64,000 bases of DNA from the NCBI GenBank assembly GCA_951406725.2, contig OX597817.1, forward strand, positions 45,198,001 through 45,262,000, read 5' to 3'. The DNA comes from Octopus vulgaris (taxonomy: Eukaryota). The position numbers and the translations under genes were made by a program. A model generated the notes under the pieces. That model was not told the DNA's origin, ran no database searches, and saw nothing but the letters and a program-made list of their open reading frames with translations. How positions within the stretch are numbered: the first letter of the stretch is position 1; each line of letters starts with the position of its first letter. Below are positions 24,329 to 37,708 of this stretch, in pieces.

Positions 24329-24842
24329 TGTCTGTTATATTTGAAACGTTCCTTCAAATATTTCTCGAAAATCGATATCAGTATCGCTACAAAAGATTAC
24401 CTTATTATACAATGTGCGTGTATAGATAATATGAAGCAATTTTTAAAATAGAATTTTAACTGTTATCATTCAGTGTTATTTCTTTCGAAGATCTTTCAAT
24501 TTCTTTTCCCATTGATCTGTTTTTCATGGTTTATTCCAATATCTTTTCTCTTGTTTTAATTTCTCGGCTAGATAAATTATTTCTTCAAATTAGTTCTAAT
24601 GTCTTTTCATCCCGTTTGCTCTGCTTTAGAAAATTAACATATAGCTAACACACTAGTATACATGTCAGTATTTATTTCACTCATTGTGTGAACCTATTTT
24701 CCTCTTCCACTTAACTAAAGTTGTGTTCTTTAATCTCATTTAGATGATCAGGTCAAATAAAACAAATTACATCTGTTATTAATGTTGGATTTGTAAGAAG
24801 ATACGTTTTCAGTGAAAATCAGATTTTGCTATTATTGTTTAT

Positions 24843-24903
<61 letters not shown>

Positions 24904-24930
24904 AATAATAATAATAATAATGATAATAAT
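24843..24930. repeat. (GAT)n(TAA)n trinucleotide repeat
   Basis: Visible directly. Confidence 0.97.
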
Positions 24931-25755
24931 ACCCGGCCAACATATTAAAGAGCGGCAGTAGCCCAACATGTCGTGTAGGCCAACAACAAAATGAAACCAT
25001 TGATCATGTTGTCTCCAAGTGCAGTCTTCTAGCGCCTACAGAGTATCTCAACAGGCACGATAGCACTGCACAATATATTCACTGGGTAATCTGCAAAAAC
25101 CTGGATTTGCCCCATGAAAAAAACTGGTGGGAACACAAACCACCTCCAGTGCTTGAAATTGATCACATCTCACTCCTCTAGAACTTCGCCATTCAAACTG
25201 ACAGAAAGATAGATGCAAATAGGCCAGACATCATATTGAAAGACTTCAGACAAAGAACATGCCTCCTCATTGATATGACTGTCCCAATCGATATAAACGT
25301 ATCTGTCAAGACCTACCAAAAACTGAGCAAATATAAAGATCTTGAAATAGAAATCAGCAAAATGTGGAACCTGAAGACTAAAACAATACCTGTTGTCATA
25401 GGTGCCCTGGGAATGATAGCAAAAGGGGCTGATTTCTACCTAACACAGATACCAGGAAACCCCAAAATGGCAGAAATTCAAATGATAGTGCTCATGGGAA
25501 CTGCTCACATCCTACGCAAAATACTTTCTATGTAATCTCAAGGTTTAAAACAAACATAATTAAAAATGTTTTTTTTCTTTAGACATCCACTAATACAACA
25601 CCAAAAAAAAACAACCAAATATATGGCACGCTAGGCATAACAACAACGTGAACTTCCAACCTGTTGTCTCTTGAGGTCTCTGGGTGAGACTTGGAGCCAA
25701 CTTGTACAAATATAAAGCAAAAGTCAAACATAGAATAATAATAATAAAAATAATA
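24931..25755 (+). mobile_element. R4/Dong-clade LINE 3' fragment (CCHC knuckle, RHD, PD..D..K restriction-like endonuclease, 3'UTR) inserted in (TAA)n
   Basis: Frame 24936-25535: CRVGQQQNETIDHVVSKC..RHD..NRPDIIL..LLIDMTVP..KLSKYKDL..PVVIGALG..GTAHILRK; one TAG at 25179; TAA repeats at both ends. Confidence 0.9.
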
Positions 25756-25777
25756 TGAACACAAATTATCATTACCA

Positions 25778-25812
<35 letters not shown>

Positions 25813-26300
25813 GAGTGAGAGAGCAGTGCATGCCATCAAAGTGACACTGGGGTAAAATATACGAAGCCCAGTATACCCATCATGACTACCCGTCTGATAA
25901 GGGCACACCAGACACATGCATCACAACCATATGTGCGCGACATGGTGATCTCATATCAAGATAAACGGCGCATGAACTTGCAGGTGCGGCTCAGTTAGAA
26001 TTTTCTTCTGGTCGAGTAACCTATTCCGCTCAAAAGGGCCCTGAATAAGGGTTATTTAAGGATGTTGAACGAAACACCCATGTTTCCAGAGGTGAATTAT
26101 TCAATCCTCAAAGAATCCCTCTCAATACATGGCTATGGTGCTCCCCCACTACTTCTGCTCATGATCAGAGATGCACATATCGTCAGCCACTAAGGGACAT
26201 ACCTGGTTACAGTCAAACAATTGACAAGCAGATCTCTGGTACTCAGCAGAATATTTGCTGTAGCCCATCTTTTATACCAAGACAAAACAATGTATATGAT
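25813..26300. mobile_element. About 490-bp non-coding element bracketed by (TTA)n
   Basis: GC-richer island sharply delimited by TTA repeats on both sides; no credible ORF; single copy in this window. Confidence 0.5.
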
Positions 26301-26301
26301 A

Positions 26302-26346
<45 letters not shown>

Positions 26347-26359
26347 TATTATTATTACT

Positions 26360-26605
26360 TCTGTTGTTGTTGTTGTTGTTGTTGTTGATATTGTTATTTT
26401 TGTTGTTGGCATCATTTTTTGTCTCGGGGAAACAATGGAGTTGCGCATAAAATAATCTAGTGCAGCTTTTACATTTCATGTCCTAATACATCTCCTGCCG
26501 TGGCTGTGTAGTCATATCCTAGACAAACACTCCCTCTGGCAGGTGCCGCAAATGTAGCGAAGACTTTGCCTTGCTTGTTGTAATGTCCTTGTTTCTTGTT
26601 GACTT
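26360..26605 (-). mobile_element. RTE LINE 3' end with (CAA)n tail
   Basis: YICGTCQRECLSRI*LHSHGRRC C-terminal C2H2 motif, short UTR, then CAA repeats. Confidence 0.7.
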
Positions 26606-29099
26606 AACCCCCACTCTAAACTTGCTGATCTTGTGCTAAAGGTGGAAATCAATATTATTATTATATAGGCGGTGAACTGGCACAATCTTTCGAGGATCGG
26701 ACAAAATTCTTGGAAGCCTTTTTTCCCATTCTTGTCATTCTAAGAATAAATTACGCTGAGATAATCCACAATCAACAATTCTTGCATGTAGACATGCTAA
26801 ACGACAAGCTTAATATTTGGCGATATGAAGTCAGTCCGAGATATATGTTTCTGGCCTTGTATCCGCCACTAACACGATCGTTGCTCAGCCATGTTTCTAG
26901 AAGATACGGATCTTAGGGTTATGGAACAAAAGGTGCTGGAAATGTTTATGCTTCATGCAGTGTGTATAATATAAGCAAAAACGGTCTAAAGTTTATCCCC
27001 AACTTTCATGTGCCATTTGGTAATGAAAACGCATAGTCTAGAGGTGGAGATAAATGTAACGAATCAAGGGTTTATTTCGTATTTTACTTGATATACCTCT
27101 ATTTGTGTATGTTATTCAAATATATGTCACACCACATACCTACCTACACGTGTGTGTGTATGGGCGATCAATGCTAGCTGATATTACTTTGCGATAGATA
27201 GATCATTTAGCTTTTGTCTAACAGTGCCCTTCAATTTCAAGTTGGATCTTACAATTTGCCAATAGCCATCTGCCAGTCGCAAGAACGAGACATTCATTGT
27301 GCTAGTAGTATCACCAAATCTGGCAATGTGGTCTGTCCAAAGATTTCTCTGCATTAATTGATGTTGCATGGATTGAAAAACCATTCTGTTGCTCTTCGTG
27401 ATAGCTCTCAGATCCTGCTTGAGGAAAGCGCAGCTCATTTTGACATGTGTTTTGTAAAGTGCATATTATGTGATATATATTAAGTAGACGTCAATGAAAT
27501 TGTTTCAGATAGTCTCACGAACGAATGCTTCTCGGTTCGCCATCGGAGACACATACATACACAATACTATAGACTCCATATTTAGAGTAGATAATTCTAC
27601 TAAAACACATTTATATAAACCTGCGAAGAACATGAATAACGAACAAAAATATTCCATTCATAATCTAATACTTAATAGGCAGAAAGCAAAATAAACCAAC
27701 GAATGTAAAACTTAATAAATACGAAGACGTTTCTCATATATCTAGCAAAACTACATTTATTAAATTACGTAATCAATTTACAAAATATAAACTGCAGCAG
27801 TATACAGATATCATACTGATACAAAATGGATTAAGTTAGTTAGATTATATGTTTTAACAAACAAATGCGTAATAACATTTATGATAACACAAGTGAAACA
27901 ATAGGAGAATAATTATCATTGTGACTACGGTAATAGTTAAACAATGAATTCAGCATAAACACGGGATACACATGGAATATAATAGAATTTTGAGAGACAG
28001 TTCAGGTCAAATTGCATATAAGTTCATTTATGTAATCAAATTTAAGAGTGGAAATGCTCCGTTTATAAAGAATATTTGTGTAGCAGTCTTGGATGTGTAA
28101 AATATATAAGAAATACAACGATAGATTCATTCATTGGATTCCATGCATCATATGAAAAATCTTGTTTAAGTCGTACTCTCTTGGATCTTGATGTTAAAAA
28201 TAAACATGGACGATATAGGAAAAGAAGTCAAAAAATAAAATGCTATTTCTGTTTCTTTGTATTACTTATATCCAAGTAAAGATCATTGGTGTTTGATCAA
28301 TTCAGTTTATTTTGAAGATCCACATAAATCTCTGCGTACAATTAGTCTCCTTTTCACGTCACTTATTCTAGAAATTAATGTCTGACAAGGGATTCTAGAG
28401 CTTCCCACCTTCAAAAACAGCAAACCTGCCGACCACCTTGATAAGGTTTGGACAGTTACAACCTCAAACTCGTCAATCAGATATTTCAAGGTATCTTCCG
28501 TTCCTTCAGCTGATATATGATGTAAGTATCTTAAAAATACTTTGATGGCATTTACACACCCCACATAAATGCTTGTGAAAATTTCCTATGGTTGCATTAG
28601 TGTAACGAATGCCTGCATTATACTTCAATTTGATATAATTTGTCTGTAGACAGACGATCTCCAATTCAAATACGGCGCCAGTTTATTGACTTTTTAGTGA
28701 AGATCATTCCAAATCCCTCAATTTCATTGATATATTCCACTTTAAACGGAACTAATTTAAAGCAGAATTAATTATTTTTGTAAGGAAGTAGTGATAAAGC
28801 AGAGTAAAGGAAAAAAACAGAAGTAGTGAGTAATTTAGAATTGTCAGTGAAGGCATTGCGCCAGACGTTTTTGGGTCAACAGAGGCTCTTAACTGATTAT
28901 TCAACACAAAGCCTGAATGTTGTGTATCAGAGCTAAGGTTTGAGGTCTCAAAAACGGAGGAAAGACGTCCTATGTGTACGAGGGGAAGAGGCAAAATGGG
29001 ACAGCGTAGCTACTATTTGTATCACGCGTGGCTACACAACTGTGTGCGTGTTACTGGTACGTGAGCAGATGTGTGTGGTTTTTAGTTGAGGCTTAGCAT

Positions 29100-30320
29100 G
29101 ACTACTCAGAATGAGTAGGAGTTCCGACCTCGAGTTCCTGCAGTGGATTTTGGCAAGAGAGGCGGAGCATTAACAAAGTTAAATACAGCCGCAGAAACAC
29201 GTAAAATGATGGTTTAGAACATGACTTGCAAATCATCTAGCTATGATGTTCTTCCCTCCAATCATATCCCTGATTTGTCTCCATATCTCTCGGAAGATAT
29301 CTTGCATAAGTTATAGCAGAACTAGAACTGATGTCTGGTGACGCTGCTAAGAAAGGATCCAAACAAGGGCAATTGTATTGATAATTGCCGGCCCTTAATT
29401 CTAATGAATGCGTATTTCAAGAGTTTGTCCAAGGTTTTAGCGAAGACTTTTGTCGCTTGTCAACGGTGGTATGGATGTTGATATGCAAACATATGCCATC
29501 CCTGACAAGGCTAACTACGACAACCTCCACGTGGTGCGATATATCATAAAGGGTCTGGAATCAACGGGCTCTGTTCTATTTAGATTAGTCGAAATCTTTC
29601 GAGAGAACCGACTGCTAATATTCGATGAAATTCTTCACGACAGTCGGTTTCGGTTCCATCCTCTGCAGTTGGACCGCCATAGAATTAATCTACATGTAGT
29701 CGGCGATGGGCCTCTTTTTTTCCAGAGATCTTCTCTTGTAAATGATGGCAATCCTGGATCATACAAACACAGGGAAGTAGGCATCACGAATTTCCGCATG
29801 CTCTCATAGTCCTGTACTAGTCGGGGGTTGAAGGAAATTTCTCTTCTTTTGGCATCCCAGAGAGAGATAGTTGCTAGCAAGTGCGTCGACACTCTCGGCA
29901 AAATTAGGTTTCGATGGACCAGAGAACATTCAGACCGATAAGGGCCAGCGAACATTCAGACTCGTTCTCATGGATGGTTTCTAATAGTCTCTTGCCTGGC
30001 TGGGCTAACTGTTAGAGATATACTCTAAAAGCAGCAGGGAAGTGAATCTGTTTTGCTTGCATGCGTCTAGCATGCAATCATCGTTGACTTGGGAAGAACA
30101 TCCTGTCATATTCTTCAGAAAGACAAGTAGTATTTAAAGGCCTTGTGGATTTAACAAAAAAGGTTTCCTTGAAAAGGAAAATGTCGATGTAGAGGCAGGG
30201 GCTTATTCTCAAGTAATTTTTGAAAGGTGTAGTGACCAGCATCTTCCAAGTGAACACTGACTTAAAATGAGCATTAGGAAGAAAGATAACAGGCAGATAG
30301 TTTCCTTAGTCAGGGTGATA
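29100..30320 (+). mobile_element. Highly decayed Tx1/L1-clade LINE reverse transcriptase region
   Basis: VTLLRKDPNKGNCIDNCRPLILMNAYFKSLSKVLAK, QTYAIP..DNLHVVRYII, LD*SKSFERTD..VGFGS..W across several frames; 3' boundary uncertain. Confidence 0.6.
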
Positions 30321-30726
30321 GTGGTTTGAAACAGAGTCCCACGAGTATACCTTCCATTTTTAGAAGTCTTCCATTTTTGGAAATTATACGGGCTTTCCTG
30401 CCGGGCAGGGTCGCTTTCCTGGCTTTTGATACTTCTGCTTTTACACAGACGCATTTTCAGATATTTTTCTGTTCCTTATCTTCGATGATCTTTCACAAAG
30501 AGTTGCGATATCTAATTTGATGTGCTTTATGATTTTGTACCACGCATTCAAGACGGTTTTCAATTATTCATTCTGTGTGAATTCATTCATTTTTTTTATG
30601 CGTTTCAGCCCAAGGGTAGTAGCCATGCGAGTCCTTTTATTAATAGAATATTCTATCATTATCATTACTAACATATTTATATAGACACCAGCAAACACTT
30701 ACAAATTTACGTATACCTGTGTCTGT

Positions 30727-30780
<54 letters not shown>

Positions 30781-30852
30781 CGTGCACATGTTTCTAGGTG
30801 GTTGCGCTAGGAAATTATTGAGGCTGCTTGTAGATATGAATCTGTGTTAGTT

Positions 30853-30856
<4 letters not shown>

Positions 30857-30898
<42 letters not shown>

Positions 30899-30933
30899 GT
30901 AAAAAAAATACACAAACTGGGACAAGAACGTGA

Positions 30934-30988
<55 letters not shown>

Positions 30989-31252
30989 TATATATGTATA
31001 TATATATACACACATTTATACATATGTGTATATATATGTATATATATATACACACATTTATACATATGTGTATATATATATACACACATTTATACGTATG
31101 TGTATATATATATATATATACACACACATTTATACATATGTGTATATATATATATATATACACACACATATAAATATGTATAAATATATATATATATATA
31201 CATACACATATAAATATGTATATATATATATACATATATGCATATATATGTT

Positions 31253-31335
<83 letters not shown>
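30857..31335. repeat. Compound TA/CA microsatellite with ACACATTTATACATATGTG subrepeats
   Basis: Visible directly. Confidence 0.95.
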
Positions 31336-31337
<2 letters not shown>

Positions 31338-31632
31338 CTTTTATTTTTTCTTTTTACTTGTTTCAGTCATTTGACTGCGCCATATGGAGCACCACCTTTA
31401 GTACTTATTCTATCGTCTTTTGCCGAACCGCTAAGTGACGGGAATATCGGTTGTCAAGCAATAGGGGACAAACACAGACACACAAACACACATATACACA
31501 TATATACACATATACGACAGGCTTTTTCAGTTCCGTCTATACTACAAGGCATTGGTCGGCCCGGGGCATAGCAGAAGACACTTGCCCAAGATGTGGATGA
31601 ACCCGCAACCGTGTGGTTGGTTAGCAAGCTAC
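31336..31632 (-). mobile_element. SINE family B with several small deletions
   Basis: Head, middle and tail motifs present. Confidence 0.82.
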
Positions 31633-31658
31633 TTACCACACAGCCACTCCTGTATATG

Positions 31659-31771
<113 letters not shown>

Positions 31772-32142
31772 CATATATATGGGGAATTTTATGTGGGGAC
31801 AGCTTGAGGAACATGTGAACAAAATTCATTGAATTAGTGATATGCGTCTTTTGTTTTCTTGTAATATGCACACATTTATAATTGAGTCAAGACAGGTAAT
31901 CTTTTTTCAGACACCCTATGGCATTTTCCTAAAACTTCTTTTTAGCATGCTGTTACGGTAATGTCTCAAATTAAAGCATTAGCTTATACTACGTGAGACT
32001 AAAGATAATTATATACTCATTTGGATTTTACCTACGCCAAATTTATTAGGTGAAAATGCTCTCAGTTATGGACAGCTGTAATATAAATGTATACATGTAC
32101 GTATGTCTGTATGTCTATATGAATGTCCATATATATCTTCTG

Positions 32143-32380
32143 TCTATTACTTGTATCAGTCAGTGGACTGCCGCTATGCTGGGACAAGGCCTTCACATCG
32201 AAATGATCGACTCCCGTGTTTATAATCTTTTCAGCCCTGGTACTTATTCTGTCGGTTTATTTTGCCGAACTGCTAGTGTTGAAAGGGGCATAGACACACC
32301 AACTGCAGATGGTTGTGGGGCAACAAACATAGGCACAAAGTCACACACACACGCACACAGTCACTCACACACACACACAC
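32143..32380 (-). mobile_element. Diverged SINE family B, 3' half
   Basis: TTACTTGTATCAGTCAGTGGACTGCCGCTATGCTGG..TACTTATTCTGTCGG..TTGCCGAACTGCTA. Confidence 0.65.
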
Positions 32381-32402
32381 ATATATATGTATATGCACAT
32401 AC

Positions 32403-32442
<40 letters not shown>

Positions 32443-32498
32443 TAGCTTAAGGTGACCCGCTCTACCCGCGGGTAAGAGTGTGGTTGTTACTTTCTGTT

Positions 32499-32762
32499 GC
32501 TTCCTTTCAGCACGTAAAAAGCACCATCCGAACGTGGCCGATTGCAGCGCCACCTTGACTGACCTCTGTGCCGGCGGCACGATAAAAGCACCCACGACAC
32601 TCACAGAGTGGTTGGCGTTAGGAAGGTCATCCACCAGTAGAAATACTGCCAGATCAGACTGGAGCCTGGTGCAGCCTCCTGGCTTCCCAGACCCCGGTCA
32701 AACTGTCCAACCCGTGCTAGCACGGAAAACGGATGTTGAACGACGATGATGATGATGATGAT
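32499..32762 (+). mobile_element. SINE family E 3' portion with (GAT)n tail
   Basis: GGTTGGCGTTAGGAAGG.CATCCA motif, duplicated CACG.TAAAA.GCACC, GATGAT tail. Confidence 0.7.
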
Positions 32763-33588
32763 TCTCCCTCTTTGTTTCTCTCTCCCTTCTCTCTCACTTT
32801 CCCACTCTCTTAGTTTTCTTTTCTCTCGGACTTTCCCTCGCTTTCTCTTACTCTCTATCTTTATCTATCTCTCTCCCATTTATAAACAACAAAAGATCTT
32901 GAGTAAGTTGAGAAATAAAATATTTTGAAAGATCAATCATAAATATCAGTCAGTGACAACGGAAAGGTCTGCTTCAAGGCAGACAGCAAAACATTAACAC
33001 TTAAAAGGGACAGACCAACTTGCGAGCTGAATAAAAATAATAAAATATTGGAAACCAAAGTTTGAAGGGATAGAATCTGAGGATAGAAGAGTCACCATGG
33101 CTAGCATTTCTTAACGACGGACAGCACCATATTGACAGTTTAACGACTGGCGTAATTTTGAACTTGATGTAAAAGAAAATTCCTAAACACCAAGTTTTGA
33201 AGTGATTCTTTCTCACGACAGTAGACTAACCATGGCAAGCATTCAAAACTTCTTCATCATGGACGGCAACACATTGACGATTAAAAGGGTGGCGCAATTT
33301 TTTTAGCTTGATGTAACAGAGAATTCCTAACACCCGCTCCTTTAAATTTTAATCTCCTTCCAGTCCCATTTAGACCCCTTTTCACATTTTGGTTGATATA
33401 ACTCGATTTCATTCGGGCCTACTGGGGCCACATTTTATAAGATGAGGAATTTTGTCCTAGAGGTCACGCCTTTCATTTGAGGAAAAAAATAGTTGTCATG
33501 CAAACTTGCCAGCATTTTTAACGTAGGTGTGCATATGTTCAGCTCAACCGACCACATAATGCACACATTATATATATATATATGTATG

Positions 33589-33631
<43 letters not shown>

Positions 33632-33987
33632 ACGCATTATATATACAAATGTATACAAATTATATATATATATGTATAAATTAAATTAGAGATAAAACCA
33701 CTAATAGGCAAATCAAACAGTGAAAATCATAAACCAAAACATAAAAATACAAATATAATATACAAAATATATAAAATATAGAATTGAAAAATTTAAATTA
33801 TTTAAATTTAAATTCTTTAAAGGGGAGGAAGAATTTGGGATTGCCTTGATTGTCGTTGGTCTGTAGTGGCTAGCAGTTCCAGCTGTTCAATTCATGAAAA
33901 CATTTCTATTGAAAAGTTTGATTATAGAATTTGCGTAGGTGTTATACCAAAAAGAATTAGTGATAAAGTTAGGAAGGAGAGGGGGGA

Positions 33988-34107
33988 GAAGAAGAAGAAG
34001 AAGAAGAAGAAGAAGAAGAAGAAGAAGAAGAAGAAGAAGAAGAAGAAGAAGAAGAAGAAGAAGAAGAAGAAGGAGAAGCTTCTTCTTCTTCTTCTTCTTC
34101 TTCTTCT
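33988..34107. repeat. (GAA)n joined head-to-head to (TTC)n
   Basis: About 28 GAA units, then GGAGAAGCTTCTTC and about 9 TTC units. Confidence 0.97.
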
Positions 34108-34515
34108 GTTACTTTAGAAATACAAAAATAAAGAATTGCTCTACTTTTTATAGGGTATGCTCTTTTTCGGATTTATGAACTTAAAACAAAGATATATTTA
34201 TCCATAAGCTTGGGATTCGAGTGAATCGGGTACCTCAATTCTTTGCGGAATTTTGTCCATCTTTGCATTCTGAGTTCAAATTCCGCTGACATTGTCATCC
34301 TTTCGGGTCCGATAAAATTAGTACCAATCAAGAACTCGGCTCAACATTATCGACTTTCCGCTCTCCACGCAACTGCTGGCGTCGTGCCAAATTTTGAAAC
34401 GTGTATTCTAATATGGAGGATTGGATGATAAAAAACAAATTAAGTGGAACGACTATCATATTCCATTGACTGGAATTTCAATAATATTACGATATTTGGT
34501 GTAAAGTACGCGTAC

Positions 34516-34739
34516 CTTGGCTCCAATACATCTGCAGTGTTCCCCATCTTTTTAAGAGATTCTGCGTTTCTCGATTCCTTTACAATTTTCAGCAAATGGA
34601 GCCACATAGGAGATCCTCCATTTCGTCCATTTATGCGTAATAGGTTTGTTACCATTGGAGCTTGAGAGTTAGAAAACGGACAGATTTTTGTGGAGCAGGA
34701 TCGATATGATGTCAGATATATTATGCAAAAGACAACCAC
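34516..34739 (-). CDS. Probable coding exon 2 of an uncharacterised secreted/membrane protein (VVVFCIIYLTSYRSCSTKICPF..RINGRNGGSPMWLHLLKIV..DVLEP)
   Basis: Acceptor tatttcag| and donor AAG|gtacgc; 224 nt, phase 0 to 2; non-repetitive and GC-richer than flanks; completes a hydrophobic signal segment begun in exon 1. Confidence 0.6.
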
Positions 34740-35060
34740 CTGAAATATTAATCTCGGAAAGTTCACAAATTCTTCTACTTAGGTAAACTACTGACGGAAA
34801 CAAAATTGACTGGAGGCTTGGTATATATTGCCTGGAGAGTTACATTAATGCACATGCCGTCAGCTAATAATGTAATGTCACAACCAGTAACTAAACACAT
34901 TTTGTGTAAGTGTGTGTGTGCTCGCGCGAGTGTTTGTGTGCGTCTGTGCGTGCGCGTTTATATGTGTGTGTGCATAAACGTTTATGCATATGTATGCATA
35001 TTGTATATATGCATAGATACATACATACATACATGCATATATATATATATATATATATAT

Positions 35061-35124
<64 letters not shown>

Positions 35125-35228
35125 CTGTGTGTTTGTACATATGTAAATCCATGAATAGCCGTGTATATATATACATATATATATATACACACACAATAAA
35201 TGCACATACGTCTATTCATGAATTTTCA

Positions 35229-35298
<70 letters not shown>

Positions 35299-35358
35299 TG
35301 TGTATATATGTGTGTGTGTATGTGTTTATAACAAAATTCATGAAAAGACTATATTAAC

Positions 35359-35441
<83 letters not shown>

Positions 35442-35558
35442 GATGTATATATATATATATATATATATTATATGATATGTTATGTATATATACATAAATG
35501 TGTGCATATATGAAACATAAATATACTTATATTTTATATATATATATAATATACATAA

Positions 35559-35610
<52 letters not shown>

Positions 35611-36402
35611 TTATAATAAAATATATGCGTGTGTATGTGTGTATGTGTATGCGTATCTGTATGCATCTCTATATAATTGAATGTCTAATCGGCAAAAATG
35701 TGTCATTCTAACTGATGCTGGGCAAATAATAAAATTAAGTAAAAGTTGAATAATTCATGAAGCTGAATTTATGAATGATTTGTTCTTTTGTCTGGAAATC
35801 AGGTTTATTCAGACACCAGGTGCAGTATGCTGATTTTCCTGTTGTTATGCAGAATAAAAACAGACCAGATTCACAAGCACTACTATGCTGAGTTCGAAAA
35901 TGAGATCTGTAGAAAGACATTAGTGTTTCAATATGTATTTTTTTCTTGTTTTGACGTATCAACATGGCTTTTAGCTAACGCTGCTTACGTTTGCTACACA
36001 TATCACACTTCGCTCGTTAATTGCAAACATATATTTTTGTTTTGTTCAGCTTTTAAGCACTGTTGCTGTTATTTGCAAAAGTTGAAGTTGGTGGATTGCC
36101 AGCATTGATAGAGTTTTAGAAAAAAATATTTCCCTTCGAGATTTGTTCAATTTAATTACATATTGGGTACGAATTTTGACGAGGTTAGCTCTGCTTATTC
36201 AGTCCTCCACTTACCGTAAAATAGCAGGCACATAATACTTCTACACACCATAATTCTTTCTAATTTTGGCACGAAACCAGCAAATCTGATTACATGGATC
36301 GCCGTAGTTGGTTAGCACGAATTTTATCGACTGAAATGTGTAAAATGAAAGTCGAACCCAGAGCCGGAGAAAATGCCACTAAGTATATTGTCTGGAATAC
36401 AC

Positions 36403-36620
36403 TTTTACTCTTTTACTTGTATCAGTCATTTTACTGCGGCAATGCTGGAGCACCACCTTTGGTCGAGCAAATCGACCGCAGGACTTATTCTTTGGAAGCC
36501 TAGTACTTATTCTATCGGACTCTTTGCCGGGGACGTAAGCACACCAACATCTGTTGTCAAGTGATGTTGAGGGGACAAACAGACGCACAAATACACACAC
36601 ACACACACACACACGCACAT

Positions 36621-36653
<33 letters not shown>

Positions 36654-36810
36654 CTCATATATACGATGGGCTTCTTTCAGTTTCCGTCTACCAAATCCAC
36701 TCACAAGGCTTTGGTCGGCCCGAGTCTATAGTAGAAGACACTTGCCCAAGGGTGTCACGCAGTGGGACTGAACCCGGAACCATGTGGTTCGTAAGCGCGA
36801 TACTTACCAC
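36403..36810 (-). mobile_element. SINE family B
   Basis: Collinear with other copies; extreme 5' head missing. Confidence 0.88.
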
Positions 36811-36882
36811 GTCAGATCGATGCATGTTTTTTTATAATTGTTTCCTCTAAAGCGACGAGCTAACAGAACTGCAATACACAGT

Positions 36883-37289
36883 CGGCGCCGAGCTGGCAGA
36901 AAGGTTAGCACGCGAGACGAAATGCTCAGCTGCATTTCGTCTGTATTTACGTTCTGAGTTCAAATTCCGCCGAGGTCGACTTGCCTTTCATCATTTCGGT
37001 GTCGATTAAATAAGTACTAGGTGCGCACTGGGGTCGATGTAATCTACTTAATAGCTATGTCTGTCCTTGTTTGTCCCCTCTGTGTTTAGCCCCTCGTAGG
37101 TAGTAAAGAAATAGGTATTTCGTCTGACGTTACGTTCTGAATTCAATTTTCGCCGAGGTCGACTTTACTTTTCGGCGTCGATAAATTAAGTACCAGTTAC
37201 GCACTGGGGTGGATGTAATCAACTTAATCCGTTTGTCTATCCTTCTTTGTACCCTCCACGTTTAGCCCCTTCTGGGCAATAGAGAAATA
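36883..37289 (+). mobile_element. SINE family A dimer (full unit + 5'-shortened unit)
   Basis: Second unit restarts at GGTATTTCGTCTG after AAAGAAATA at 37113. Confidence 0.88.
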
Positions 37290-37708
37290 CACAGGGAAGA
37301 TTCTTAACGACATGTTGTCCGACATTACGTTCTAACTTCGAGTTCCCTTGAAAGCGACTTTATAATTCGTCCTTTCGAGGTCGATAAAGCAAGTAGTTCT
37401 GAGTACTTATTTCGATGCAGTCGGCTTAACCACTCCCTCTGAAATTGTCGATCTTATGTCAACATTTGAAACCACAATAAGCACATGGCTTTTATTTGTT
37501 TAGCGGCCCGCAAAGAATGGAAGTAGAGCCAGAGGAAATCTCGCTAAGCATTTTTGACCGGCGTGGTAGCGATACTGCTGGCTCACCGCTTGATTCATCA
37601 CGCTAATATTTAGGATAATTATTTCCGATCGACCTAAAATACAAGCAATTCTAACTAACCGATACTTTATTTTATCAAGCCGAAAATGATGCAAGGTAAT
37701 GTTATCAC

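Noticed and set aside
27184-27620. Minus-strand acceptor at 27620 and 84-aa ORF
   Set aside because: The acceptor gives an immediate stop (R-F-I-*) and the ORF has no recognisable motif; possibly an alternative last exon but unsupported
34516-34739. Assignment of the putative protein to IL-17 or an RY-amide neuropeptide precursor
   Set aside because: Only superficial resemblance (C-P..LL..GR; EPR|YGR if exons are skipped); no cystine-knot exon or repeated peptide was found in the window
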